From positions 12,152,001-12,216,000 of the forward strand of contig OZ176052.1 in the NCBI GenBank assembly GCA_964247055.1: DNA of 64,000 nt, in the 5' to 3' direction. The notes under the pieces are model-generated. The model ran no database searches. It saw only the letters and a program-made list of their open reading frames with translations, and was not told the DNA's origin. The stretch is from Paragordius varius (Eukaryota > Animalia > Nematomorpha). Position numbers and translations under genes: made by a program. Position 1 is the stretch's first letter, and each line of letters opens with the position of its first letter. Below are positions 24,502 to 36,238 of this stretch, one piece after another.

Positions 24502-27500
24502 TTACATTGCACGAATTTTTAGCTGCTTGAATTTAGGATTGCGTTTTTTGAGTTCCCGTTTATATTCTTTTTCCTATACATATAAACAAAATAAATGTAA
24601 TTAATATTATAACTTATATAAAATAAAATATGTATGTTCAATATCATTTTGACATGTTTTAATGGTTAATAAAGATTTTAAACAAAGAAAGTTTAATATG
24701 AATGTTGTTGAAAGTTATCAAAAAAGATCAAAATTACTTGTAACTTCTTTTGCTTAAGGGGGTCCTGTTCGTTTTCGAGTCTTTGCTTGTCAGCTCTGCG
24801 TTTTTCCTCTTTCCTGGCTTGAGCTGCTTCAACGCGCTGAGAATGGGATTGTCGAAACAGGGATTCTTCCAATTTCGCCCTGTTTTTAACGCTTTTCATT
24901 TTGGCCTAAAAATAAATTCAACAAGTGTGTATATATGATTATAATTTGCTAGTTGTTAAAGTAATTTTCTAGTACGATTTCAAATAATACCAAAAAAAGT
25001 ATGTAAGATATTGGGTTAATTTTAAACATATGCCTTCTAGGGCCTTGTAAGCGCAAAGAACATAAAAATAAAAATTAAAAAATCTTACAAACTTTGACCG
25101 TCAAAATTTTTTGAATTTTTAAAAAATTATAAAAACAGTGTCAAATAAACAGGTATATGGTATAAACTTAATTACTTTAAACTGCTTGCTCTTTGAATTT
25201 AAGGCGCTAGAACTTAAAAAACTGTTAAAAATATTAGTGTTTGATAAGTATTTTGTTTTTAAAATACTTTTTGTTTTTATATTTCATTACAGACTCTAAG
25301 CCCGGGGGATTTCGTTTATCCTGATTATATTCTGGGTAATACATTGTTAAATTTTAGAAAATAATTGTAAAATTAGTTTTATGAGCAAAATGGTATTATT
25401 ATCAGATAACCTCTTTGCTTAATCGAAACCTTTGCACTTTTTCTATGCTGTAAAACACGAAATTTAGTAAGGGTCGTAAATTATTTATAGCTTCGTCCTT
25501 GTTCCATGTATCTGATGGGACTAATGATAATTATAAATAAATATATAAAATTAATGATTTTTATCACATATTTTTTACCTTATTTTTCTATATATTCCAT
25601 ATTATTACGATTAATTCATCATAAAAGTGTATAAAATTATATTTTTATTTATTATTTCGCAGCCCAAACGATCTATGTTATGTTAAATTAAAAGTTTAAA
25701 AATGTTGTTAACTATCAAAATGTGTTGTTTAACATTTACACTTTTATAATTAATTATCATTTTTTACTGTATAATATTTTATACTTGTAAAACCAAATCG
25801 CAAACATTTTTTCACATCACCAAGCTTTGTGGGTGGAGACGTTTCACTATATAATATAAAATTTATAAAGATAAAACGAAAAAACAAATAAACAAATATT
25901 TTTTATCTTATAAAAAGATAATTATTCTAATTCTATGAATTAATAATTGTATCTATGAATACAATTGTAAATAATTTATAATTGTATTACCAATTCATAA
26001 TTTTGTTCTTTATCAAACAACTCAAAAAAATAAGTTTTACAAGAAAATAAAATTATATACTCTGGCGATTTTTTCCCAGCAAATTGATCTGAAACATGAA
26101 CATAATCAATATAATTCTCGTATTTAGCAAAGATGGTTTGGATTTTGGGATCTACGAAAGCTAAAATAGCTTCGCCAATCTCACTAACAAACTGAAAAGT
26201 GTTATTGGGAAGTCCCAATTTTTCACCATTCTTTTTTTCGGGGCAATACAAGCTCTATGAAAAAAAAATAAACATTTATTCATTCCTAAAAAACATTTTT
26301 TCCATAAAAAATTTAACTTAAAACCGTTTAATATAGATAAGTTTTAGAAAATTTATTATCGAAAAAAAGTGTAGTGTAATTATAATATAAAATACCAAAT
26401 CTTTCATATCTTTGACTAGGGGCCCAAAGCATTTTTTGTTGCCAATAGCAAATACGTAAGAATCCATTTCATCCGCATTCATATAAACGGTAATAAACTG
26501 AATACACATAAAAATATAGAATCTTATTTTATAAAAAAATTGGATTATTATTATCAAATCAAACAAAATAAAAGCCATGAAAATCCAGATTTAATTTTTG
26601 GGCGAAAAAATATAATACATAAGCTTCATAAAGACGGATTCGACACGTTTTAAAAACATTATAACTCTCTTAAATATTATAGGATTTTTTTTTCATTGTT
26701 ATTAAATTCAAACAATTTATTTATTATTAATAGTAAAATTTGGCCAATTTTGTCGTTAGTTATAACATATATTTTAACTTTATTTAAGTGGTAAAGACCA
26801 TGAAAGACTGCATAATTAAGCGGTCAAACCCATGATACTACGAGTTAATAACCAAAATCTATTATATATAAGATAGATTCAAATGTTCCATGAACAATGT
26901 ACTCACTCATTTTTTATGAAAAATGGTGATGTAGCGAAAAAGTAGGAGTTGTTAACTATTATATTGTTAATAATTAAGTAATTTATATATTAAAGCAAAA
27001 AATAATAAGCAAAATACCATTTTATCGGTATCCTTGTTTATAAAAGAGCTAAATAGGTAGGAAGCCAGGTCTTGCCGTTTCAAAAATTTTATTTCTACAA
27101 GCAAAGCTTCACAGTAAGGATGTCCTGAAGCCCAGAGAAGATAGATATTGTCGCTATCTTTTAAAAGAGGGCTATTATCATCATCATCCGAATGTGTTTT
27201 GTTTTTAAGAGTTTCCAAATACGAATTAGTTGTCAAATGATTGCCTTTTATTATAGGAAAAAAGTATACCTAACAAGGCAAAGTTGGATTCAAAAATATC
27301 TTTGTTTTGCTTATACCATTGCATGGCTAAGTAATGGTTTCGGGACCGTCCAGTCAAATAATTGACTAAATATACAAAAAGGCCAAGTAACAAAATCATT
27401 TCCACATAATAATTATTCCAATTGGATCTAAAATGCATTGAGACCTAAAAATAAAAAAAACATTGAAACTTGATTAATTTTAAGTTGCGTAATGGATGGC

Positions 27501-27739
27501 TTCTTTTTAGGAGGAACGGTTTGTTGCGTAATGGGAGGAGCTTTTTCGGTTTCTTCATTGGCCTTACTTATTTAAAACAAAATTACTTGTTCTTTTTCTT
27601 TAAAAAGAAGCTTTTCTGGTTTAAAATCATCATCTTCAAAATCTTTAAATTCATCAAATTCTAGATCAGAGCTCTGAGTTAAGCACAAATGGGCTACTAA
27701 AATTAACCAAACCCACATAACACTGTTAAATTGGGACAT
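24502..27739 (-). CDS. CCDC47: CCDC47 (PAT complex subunit / calumin), 10 exons
   Basis: Signal peptide, acidic stretch, TM helix (NWNNYYVEMILLLGLFVYLVNYLTG), LWASG...CEALLVEIKFLKRQDL, MDSYVFAIG, DYVHVSDQFAG, KNRAKLEE...SQRVEAAQARKEEKRRA and C-terminal KQLKIRAM*. Exons: 27587-27739, 27470-27562, 27270-27444, 27018-27244, 26396-26497, 26061-26254, 25785-25846, 25411-25520, 24738-24905, 24502-24573. Confidence 0.92.
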
Positions 27740-27786
27740 TGATTATATCATGTGGAGAAATCGGAGTGTGTTTTAAAATTCGATTG
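27740..27786. promoter_or_regulatory. 47-nt spacer between the divergent CCDC47 and GMF start codons (inferred bidirectional promoter region)
   Basis: CCDC47 ATG at 27739 (-); GMF ATG at 27787 (+). Confidence 0.55.
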
Positions 27787-28927
27787 ATGACATCTTTGGT
27801 ATATTTATTAAGCCTAAAGGGCAGGATTGCGATTTTAATGAAGATACTTTGAAAGAAATTGAATGGCTAAGTGAACAAAGCAAATTGAATATCTCGGCTC
27901 TTGTGTGTAAAAAGTCATTATAGTTTAGTGAAAATTGATAAATTAAAAAAGAAAATTATATTGGAACACAAACTATTAGTTCATAGAATAATTAATTTTA
28001 GGATACATCTTTAACAGATTTAAAAAATATTTTATCTGAATCTTATCCTAGATTTATTTTAATGTCTTATGTATTGAATTATCCAGACGGAAGAGTAGGG
28101 TGTCCTTTTATACTTGTCTTTTTATCACCCACAGGTACGTAATTTGTTATTTATAGGCATTAAAATGGAGTTGAGTGTTCAGTACTCCTACAATCTCAAA
28201 GCATTTTATACATTACCAAGAATTTCACAAGTACAGTTTTTTAATAAAATAAATATTTTAATAACTTTTTAATTTTTTTTGATCAAATAAACTTTTATTT
28301 ATATTTTTATGATTAATTATAATATTTAAAAGTTTGTTAAATTTGCTCCGTTTTGTAGTGAGCTCACCGATGTAGTATTGTTTTTTCGACGAAATGTCAT
28401 ATTTAATTGGTTATTTTTATATAAAATTTGCAGTAACGAGCACCATTACAGGCCATATCTCTTTTTAATAGCTAAAACTGTATTTAATCTACATTTAGCC
28501 ATGTATAAATTTTTTTTATTATTTCCATATTGAATATTTTTGAGAAAAAACATAAGGTTTAATTAAATATGTATTTAATTAAATGAAAAATTTCAAACCT
28601 CGTAACATAGCATACCCTTTTGCCATATAAAGTACAGATATGGCTTGTAATAGTGCTCTTTACTGTATTAAATTTTTTTATTACATATTATAAGTATATG
28701 TTACCCTAGGGTTAAATATTTCAACAGTATATATATACCAACTTTGTTAACTTTCCTGTAAAATTTAATTTTTTATCTTAACACTTATTTTTATACCAAA
28801 AATTGTAGTAGCTTTATTGTGTTCTCGATGTAATTTATAATTATTTTAGGTTTTAACAATCAATCAATTGGAAGATCTTTCAAAAGATTGGTTGGATAAA
28901 GAATTGCTCAAAAATAGACGAAAATAA
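27787..28927 (+). CDS. GMF: Glia maturation factor (ADF-H family), 6 exons; absent from the ORF track because mini-introns split it
   Basis: MTSL|DCDFNEDTLKEIEWL...SALV|LKIDKLKKKIILEHKLL|DTSLTDLKNILSESYPRFILMSY...DGRVGCPFILVFLSPT|G...|VLTINQLEDLSKDWLDKEL. This matches GMF KID..., ELP..QPRF..YSY..DDGRVSYPL.FIFSSP.G, EDLTEEWL. Confidence 0.85.
28431..28665. mobile_element. Tc1/mariner-like MITE in the last GMF intron
   Basis: About 30-bp TIRs: CAGTAACGAGCACCATTACAGGCCATATCT / AGATATGGCTTGTAATAGTGCTCTTTACTG. Confidence 0.75.
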
Positions 28928-29359
28928 AAAAATTTGTTGTAAATATATCACATTTTTAATTTAATGACATAAATTTTTATTTAATTATTTATTTCTATTT
29001 TTAACTTAAATATTGTAATAAATTCATTAACTAATTTAAAAATGTACATGTAATTTCCCATTAAATACTTTATATTACTTTAATTTGCTATCTATTTAAC
29101 GTCTATGTAAAACAAAATTGGATGCCTTAAGCTATTTTCTGATCATTTTAATTAAATCATTGAGTCTTACCGGATTTTATTCTATATTTAAAATATTTTT
29201 GGGTCACTTTTTTTAATTAATCCCTCATTTTGCTCCACCCAGCATAAAAATAAGGCTTATTGAAAAAGAAAGTCGTTAAATATCGTTTCATTGATACAGT
29301 TTCTGGCAAAGGTACAAGCTGATTTAAGTTAATTAGTAATTTTATATATTTTTTTATGA

Positions 29360-31450
29360 ATGCGCCGAACATAGTCGGCTCATGTTAGCTGATGTATTTA
29401 CCTCCCTCCCTCTTACACATTGTTTTTTCGTACAAATTGGCTAAAATTGATTTTGAATGTGAATTTTTTTCTAATTGAGAATGTATAAAATTAATTTTAT
29501 TTTTAAATATTGCGCTAAAAATTATAAAAAACATTGTTAAAATTAGGCCCCCAGATCTGGCCCACCCCGTGTAAAAAACGGGTTTTTTTGAAAACACAAG
29601 TCCACAAAAATCGTGTTTTTGAGACAATTTTCCGGAACACGTGTTGGACCATTCGATTTCAAATATGATTATTTTCGATTGCGCCGAACAAAGTTGTGCT
29701 TTTTTAATTTAGGCCCTCTTTTTACCCGCTTTCCCCGTATTCGCTCAAGGTATGAGACCGTTAAATATTCAATGAGAATTCCAGTTAATTACTGTTAAAA
29801 GGCAAAAATTTTAGTCGTGCGGTTATATTGGCTTTTGGGTAAGGAGATACCCACTAAAAATTGCCCCGTCATATCGAAATAGCGTGCCTTTGGGGCTAAA
29901 ACTTATCATACTCGTATAGCTTCTTAAGTTTCTTAAATTAACTCCAAAACCGCCATTTATGATGGTGTCTCAGTTTACCGGTAGATACCTACCCATAGAC
30001 ATATATGGAAAAAGCGTTGAGTTAAAATCTGTGCCTTTAAAGGGCAAATATTTGGAATCATCTTTGATATCCGCGTCTTATGGATTATTCGAAAAAAATA
30101 CCTTAACCTTATATAATCGTTTTATGATGGCGTATTTTTAAACCATAAATGCCCCAAATTAAAGGCTAATAAAAAACGCCTGACCTTAAGTTTTACCTAG
30201 TTACGGGCATTTCAAGCTTTTTATGAGCTTATATGGCTTCATAAATTTTTTGTAAATTAGAACGCAATTTTTATATAATGGAGCAGTTTTTGGGGGGTAG
30301 CCTTTTGCCCAGGGGCAGGCATAAAAAAAGCGTTGGGCAAAATTTTGCCTTTATATAGGGATTGGAATTATCATGGATTCCATATGTTCCTATAAGTTCT
30401 TGGAAATATTGCATTAAAACTAAAAAATTGTCCTAGCGCGGCGCATTTTTCAGCGTAAAACTTTACTTAGCGACTTAATAACCCTCTATGCTAAAATATT
30501 TGTTTTTAAAGGGTAATATATATTTCAGACCATTATTAACTGACATCTCATGGTTGTTTTGGAATTTGGGTCCAGAGGCATGCTGTATCGATATGATGAC
30601 GCAGTTTTACGCGGGTCCCCCCTAACCAGGGGCAAAATAAAAAAGCGCATTAAAATTTTTGCCTTAATTCGGGTAATACCTGGGAGCATGATTTTCGAAA
30701 AATTGCCTTAAAACCATAAAGTCATTCTATGGTGGCGCATTTTTCAGGGCTATGGCCTAATTAAGTGGTATTTTAATAAAACCGCTTATTGAACTTATAT
30801 TGCTTGATATGTTTTCTAAAATTTGCCTCGAAAGTCACGCTGTATTATATGGTGGCGCGTTGTAGGCGGGTAACCCCTACCCAGACACCAATATAAAAAA
30901 GACGTTCGATAAAAACTTTTGCCCTTATAGACTACCTGGAATCATCATTCCTTAATAGTTTTTGGAGGAATGGCTTTAAAATAAATAATAGCTCAATGAT
31001 AGCGCATTTTTTAGGGTGTAAAGGGCCCAATTAACAGTTAAATTAAAAAAACCGCTCGTCTCAAACATTTGCCTTTTTACGGGAATTATTTCAGGCCCTT
31101 ATTAAACCTATATGGCCTGATAAGTTTTCTGAAATTAACTTCTAAACAACGCAATTTCGATATGGTGGCGCATACAAAAAAGCGCTTGATTTAAATTTTT
31201 GCTTTTTTACGAAGGATATTTGGAATGATTGATTCCATATGCTCTCATTAGTTTTTAGAAAATTGCCTCAAAAGTGGAAAATCATTTTGTGGTGCGGATT
31301 CAGGGCGTGAAGGGCTGAATTAACGGCTAATTTTAAAATAATGCACGACCTTCTTTTTACGGTTAATTATTTTAGTTCAATAAAAGCTTTAAATAACTTA
31401 TAAAAAGGTAAAAATTATGGTATAGCGGTTTTTTCCGTTGGCCGTCAATT
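29360..31450. repeat. Dispersed repeat family C, copy 2: complex element with inverted arms and degenerate ~260-315-bp internal tandem units
   Basis: Homologous to 7380-8095 in both orientations. Motifs TTTTGCC, GGCGCATTTTT and CGATATG.TG.CGC recur at roughly 260-315-bp spacing in 30200-31450. Confidence 0.75.
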
Positions 31451-31679
31451 TGGGGCCTTCACAACAGTAAACATTATTTTAGTATGAATGCACAGTTTTG
31501 AAAATCCAATGAGATCATAACTATTAAATAATGTTTCGAAATAATCCACATATATGGATCACTATTTTGTTCAGCCCTTTTTTCTAATAGTGGCTTCGCA
31601 GGCTTCAACATACACTATCATTGTTACTCGGTTTATCCATAAAAGTAGATATCAAGTTTTAGATAAATCGTTTTTATAT

Positions 31680-31925
31680 TTGGTGCTCCATCCTATATAA
31701 GTGCGATTTCCAATGATTTCTATTTATTCCATATTTTTAAGAACTGGGTTCACAAAGCTCCCAATTTGAATGGGAGGACTGAAATGAATGTGTTGTAGCG
31801 TGTAAAATAAACGATGGCATTAAAACATGAAAAAATATATACTAAAAATATAATTTTTAGCAAAATTTTGTGGACATACTATGTTGAAGCATGATGGACG
31901 GTAAATAATCGCTTGCGAACATTCC
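31680..31925 (+). pseudogene. Possible decayed Tc1/mariner-type transposase C-terminus
   Basis: GAPSY...SNDFYLFHIFKNWVHKAP...ACEH resembles GAPxH...PLDFFLWGYLKxKVY...GxHFEH. Contains stops. Confidence 0.4.
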
Positions 31926-32165
31926 TATCATCTCGGAATTTATATTGTAACATTCGTTTTTCTTCAAATATGTTTCATTAAATTGTATTTTTTTATTTCA
32001 TTTTCTTTAATTTGGAATTAAACGAACCTTTAAATAATGTGGGGTGAAAAATATTAAGCACCACCAATATTTAAAAAAGTGTTTGGATTACCCAACGTGT
32101 TATATCGTATCCACCAATAAAACTAGTTTACACAATATATAATTTGCACAAAATATTTATTTGTT

Positions 32166-32169
<4 letters not shown>

Positions 32170-32221
<52 letters not shown>
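32170..32221. repeat. (TA)n microsatellite; others at about 16597-16630, 24375-24392, 34139-34156, 37933-37958, 58420-58442
   Basis: Direct inspection. Confidence 0.95.
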
Positions 32222-32222
<1 letters not shown>

Positions 32223-34138
32223 TGTGTGCAAAGAGGGTCATTTTGATTTAACGAAAAATTTTTTTTTCATAAGATAGCTTATGACCAGCGTATTCATTTG
32301 CCGCAAAAATTTTTATTTGTTGACAACCTAGTTTTTGAAATATTGAGAGAAAATCGAAATCGGGCAAAAAGTCAAAATTAAGGATAATTAAGGATAATTC
32401 AAAAAATAGGATAAAATTTAAGATATTGTGGTTTATTATCATTATAGGATATATTTTCAATAAATAAATAGCCTAATATACCATTTGCACTTCAAGAGTG
32501 TCCTTGTACACTTCAAGTTGGTCCTTGAACATTTCAAGTTGGTCCTTGAACATTTCAAGTTGTTCCTTGAACATTTCAAGTTGGTCCTTTGACTTTTCTG
32601 TTTTGTTTTTAACTTTTATCAATTAAATCGTAAATAATACATTTATTTTATTGCTTTTAACCTATTTTCTATTATTTAACATAAATTTTAATTTGATATC
32701 AACTTTTAATTTGTGGGAAACCGTATATCTTTATAAATTTCTTAAAATAATTTTGGATATTTATAAGATTTTAACACGAAATGAAAAATTATATAAGTTT
32801 TTCGGGTTATTAATTACAATTTTTCATTAAAAACTTTTAAAAGTTATAATAATTTTGTTCAATTGAAAAAAAATAGTTTGAAACAAAAAAGTGGTTTTTC
32901 AATAAAAAAATTTATTTTTAAATGAATTAATATATAATTATTAAACAATATCAAGTTTAAAAATAATAAAATAAAAAAATAAATGAAAAAATATTGGTTA
33001 AATCATATTTTAAAATCTTTAGGACCAACTTGAAATGTTCAAGGACCAATTTGAATTGTTCAAGAACCAACTTGAAATGTTCAAGACCAACTTGAAGTGT
33101 TCAAGGACACTCTTGAAGTGCAAATTGTATATCATATATTTAGGGTTTCTATAAAATTTCAGGTCAAAAGATGGCGTTTTTCTTATATAACACTTAAAAG
33201 ACAAAAAAAAATAATGAAACTATATTAAAATAATTTTTTTTAATTATTTACTACCTAAACTCACTATTAAAATCTTAACATTCATATTTTATTCAGTAAA
33301 ATAAACTTCTAAATCAAAATAAAACCAAAAATATTGTTTATTTATTTGTGCATTTTTCATCTGGTTTATGAGTATATAAAAAAATTTTTACTGTTTTATT
33401 TTGGATTCTTACATGATTAGGCATTATTAAGTATATAATTTATGCAAAATATATAAAAGTAGTGCAATATCAACCAACAATCCTTACAATTTCCTGTAAC
33501 AAGTCTGTTTTATGATAAATTAATATTTGTATTGGGATTTGTACGGATTGTTGGTTGCTATTCCACAGATTTTCAATCCTATTTTGCATAAATTATATAC
33601 TTAATAATTCCCATTCATTTAAGAATCCAAAATAAAACAGTATAAATTTTTTATATATTCAGAAGACAAAAAAATACAAAAATAAAAAACAATATTTTTG
33701 GTTTTATTTTGATATAGAAGTTTATTTTCCTGAATAATATATGAATGTTAAGATTTTAATAGTGTGTTTAGGTAGTAAATAATTAAAAAATTATTTTAAT
33801 ATAGTTTCATTAAATTATTTTTGTCTTTTAAGTGTGATAAAAGAAAAACGCCATCTTTTGACCTGAAATTTTATAGAAACCCTAACTATATGATTTTAGG
33901 CTATTTATATATTGAAAATATCTCCTAAAATGATAATAAACGATAATATTTCAGATTCAATCATTATTTTTTGAATTAACTATCCCTAATTTTCTGATTT
34001 AGATTTTCTTTCAATATTTCAAAAATTAGGTTGTCAACAAATAAATATTTTTGCGGCAAATGAATACGCTGGTCATAAGCTATCTAATGAAAAAAAATTT
34101 TTTCTTTAATTCAAAAAGACCCTCTTTTTTGCACACAG
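32222..34138. mobile_element. Large foldback (palindromic) non-autonomous element with ~620-bp arms, flanked by (TA)n
   Basis: CTGTGTGCAAA...GACCAGCGTATTCATTTGCCGCAAAA at the left mirrors ...TTTTGCGGCAAATGAATACGCTGGTC...TTTGCACACAG at the right. The inner 33132-33895 is itself palindromic. Confidence 0.9.
32477..33131. mobile_element. MITE family A, copy 2, inserted in the left arm of the foldback element
   Basis: TATACCATTTGCACTTCAAGAGTGTCC... / ...GGACACTCTTGAAGTGCAAATTGTATA. The interior is the reverse complement of 1376-2091, and this block is absent from the right arm. Confidence 0.9.
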
Positions 34139-34154
34139 TATATATATATATATA

Positions 34155-34434
34155 TATCATTTACAGTTCAAATTCACCCTAAAATAAATTGTGTTTTTAA
34201 AATTGAAAATTATTTTTATTTTATAATATTTTTAAAATCTGAAATTCTGGTTAAAATTATATAATGCTGAAAAAAGAATAAACTAAGTCGTAAAAATATA
34301 TTTCGTATTAATGATGAGTTATATTATCCCGAAAACACATAATTTATTTTTAGGGTTAATTCGAATTGTTCAAGGGTGAATTTGAATTATTTGAGGGTGA
34401 ATTTGAATTTTATAAGTGAATAGTAAATAGTATA
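34155..34434. mobile_element. MITE family B copy, inserted in the (TA)n next to the foldback element
   Basis: ATCATTTACAGTTCAAATTCACCC ... (GGGTGAATTTGAATT)n...GTAAATAGTATA. Confidence 0.8.
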
Positions 34435-36238
34435 TATCTATTTAAAGTTATATCGACCAAAGTTGGCCTTTGGCTTTTATTTAAGAAAACTTGGCTATTT
34501 TTGACGGGCCCCAAAATTTAAAATCTAGAAGTTTCATCTATAATTTAAATTTTATAATAATGCTTTTTAAATATAGTTTATAATATATAATATTGATATC
34601 TTTTGCAAAGAAGCATTTGGCCACCATTAAAAAAAGTTTGTTTAATAAGAAAAGTTTGCCATTGGATATGGAGCAATCAAAATTAATTATAACTTTCTTA
34701 TATGCCTCCTAAGGTTCAAAACCAAAAGCATAATAAAAATTCTGATATTTATCCAATGTATATATTTTATCGGGATATTTCTTCTCTATCTTAAGAGCAG
34801 GATTTACCCAAATTTAATAATTTTTTTTATATGCAGAAATTAAAAATTGTATTTACTCTTAAAAACCCAAAAGCTCTATAAATTTTTTGTAAGATTTGGT
34901 GATACGCAGAAAACGTTTATTTTTTTGTGTCAACTATATCTATACCTGATTATATTTTATGCATTCGCCCAATTATTTTAATAACCTTTGTACAACATAT
35001 TCATTTCACTTCGATTCAAATTGGAGTACCCCAGGCCTGTTTAATAATAAATACTTTAAAAAATATGGAAGTTATTACATTGAAAGCTAGAACTATAACA
35101 TATCATTTAAAATGTCTGGATATTAATTATTTTGAGGCAAAACTGAATGGTAAAAATTCCGGCAACATGACATATGTGAATTAACAAAATTTAAAACCAA
35201 TACAAAATAACCTTGTTTTCTGTTTCTATTAATTTTAGATGTGATTTAAATAAAAAATTATCCTAAATTTTAGCTTTAAATTCTAAATAAAACTTGGATA
35301 CAATACATTTATTTCAGTCCTAAGTAAATATGGGATAAACTGAAAACATGGCAATATTTGCACTTCTATAACATTAATGAACCGAAAAAAAATATAATAA
35401 TTTAAAATCCTTGATATTACTTATTCAGAGGTAAAGTAAGGTAAAAATTTAGCCAACATGACATGTATGCATAAGCCAAATAAAAATTATACAAATTATA
35501 CCCATTAACTGTTTATATAAATAATTTTAGCCTTAGAATAAAATAAATAAATATTTTATAGAAATGGTTAGATGCAGAACTTTTTTCAAAAAACCAAATT
35601 ATATTTATATATTTTGGCTAATTTATATAATTTTTGTCCAGATGGAAACATAATTTCCGTTTTTTTCAGCAGATTTTAAAAAAATCAACTCTATCATTGC
35701 TTAGGATTAGATCCACAATTTGATTCGAAGTTTAAGACTAATCCTTGAATCCAACTTTGGTTTTCAAATTGAAAAAAACTTTTTCTTTTTTGTCCTATAA
35801 AATGATATTTACTTTTAAAAGATAGATTGCCGTTGTTTTGTTTACAAAAACATAACTTTAATTTTCTTTGACAAATATTTAATAAAGTTAGACGAAAAGT
35901 ATTCTTACAGGAGTGTTACAAAATAGTAATTTTAGGCTTAATAGTGCGAGATAATTAGGCTGAAGCATTTTATATATTGTTACAAATTTTTACCGCGATT
36001 TATCATCTATACAAGGTTTTATGCTTTACGCATTCTTGTATCTTCGATTCCGAAAGAGCTTTATACTTTCAGATCACTTGTCATTTAATAAAAATCTCTG
36101 ATAATTATTGATCTTATAAAATTATCGCTTTATGCAACTAATTTTCGAAATCCCATATATACAACAAATTCTATAATTATTATCACAGATGTTCAATAAT
36201 TTTTATAACATGCATAAACCCTTTTGCCATTAACCAGC

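Noticed and set aside
27799-27812. 14-nt alternative first intron of GMF
   Set aside because: In frame but well below the 22-nt floor seen elsewhere; the 26-nt CAG acceptor at 27824 is preferred.
34600-36160. Possible minus-strand mini-intron gene head-to-head with SARS2 (ATG about 36156; candidate introns 36113-36138, 36059-36077, 36007-36029)
   Set aside because: My best join gives only about 41 aa with a 13-nt exon and no recognisable motif. Not supportable without RNA-seq, though not excluded.
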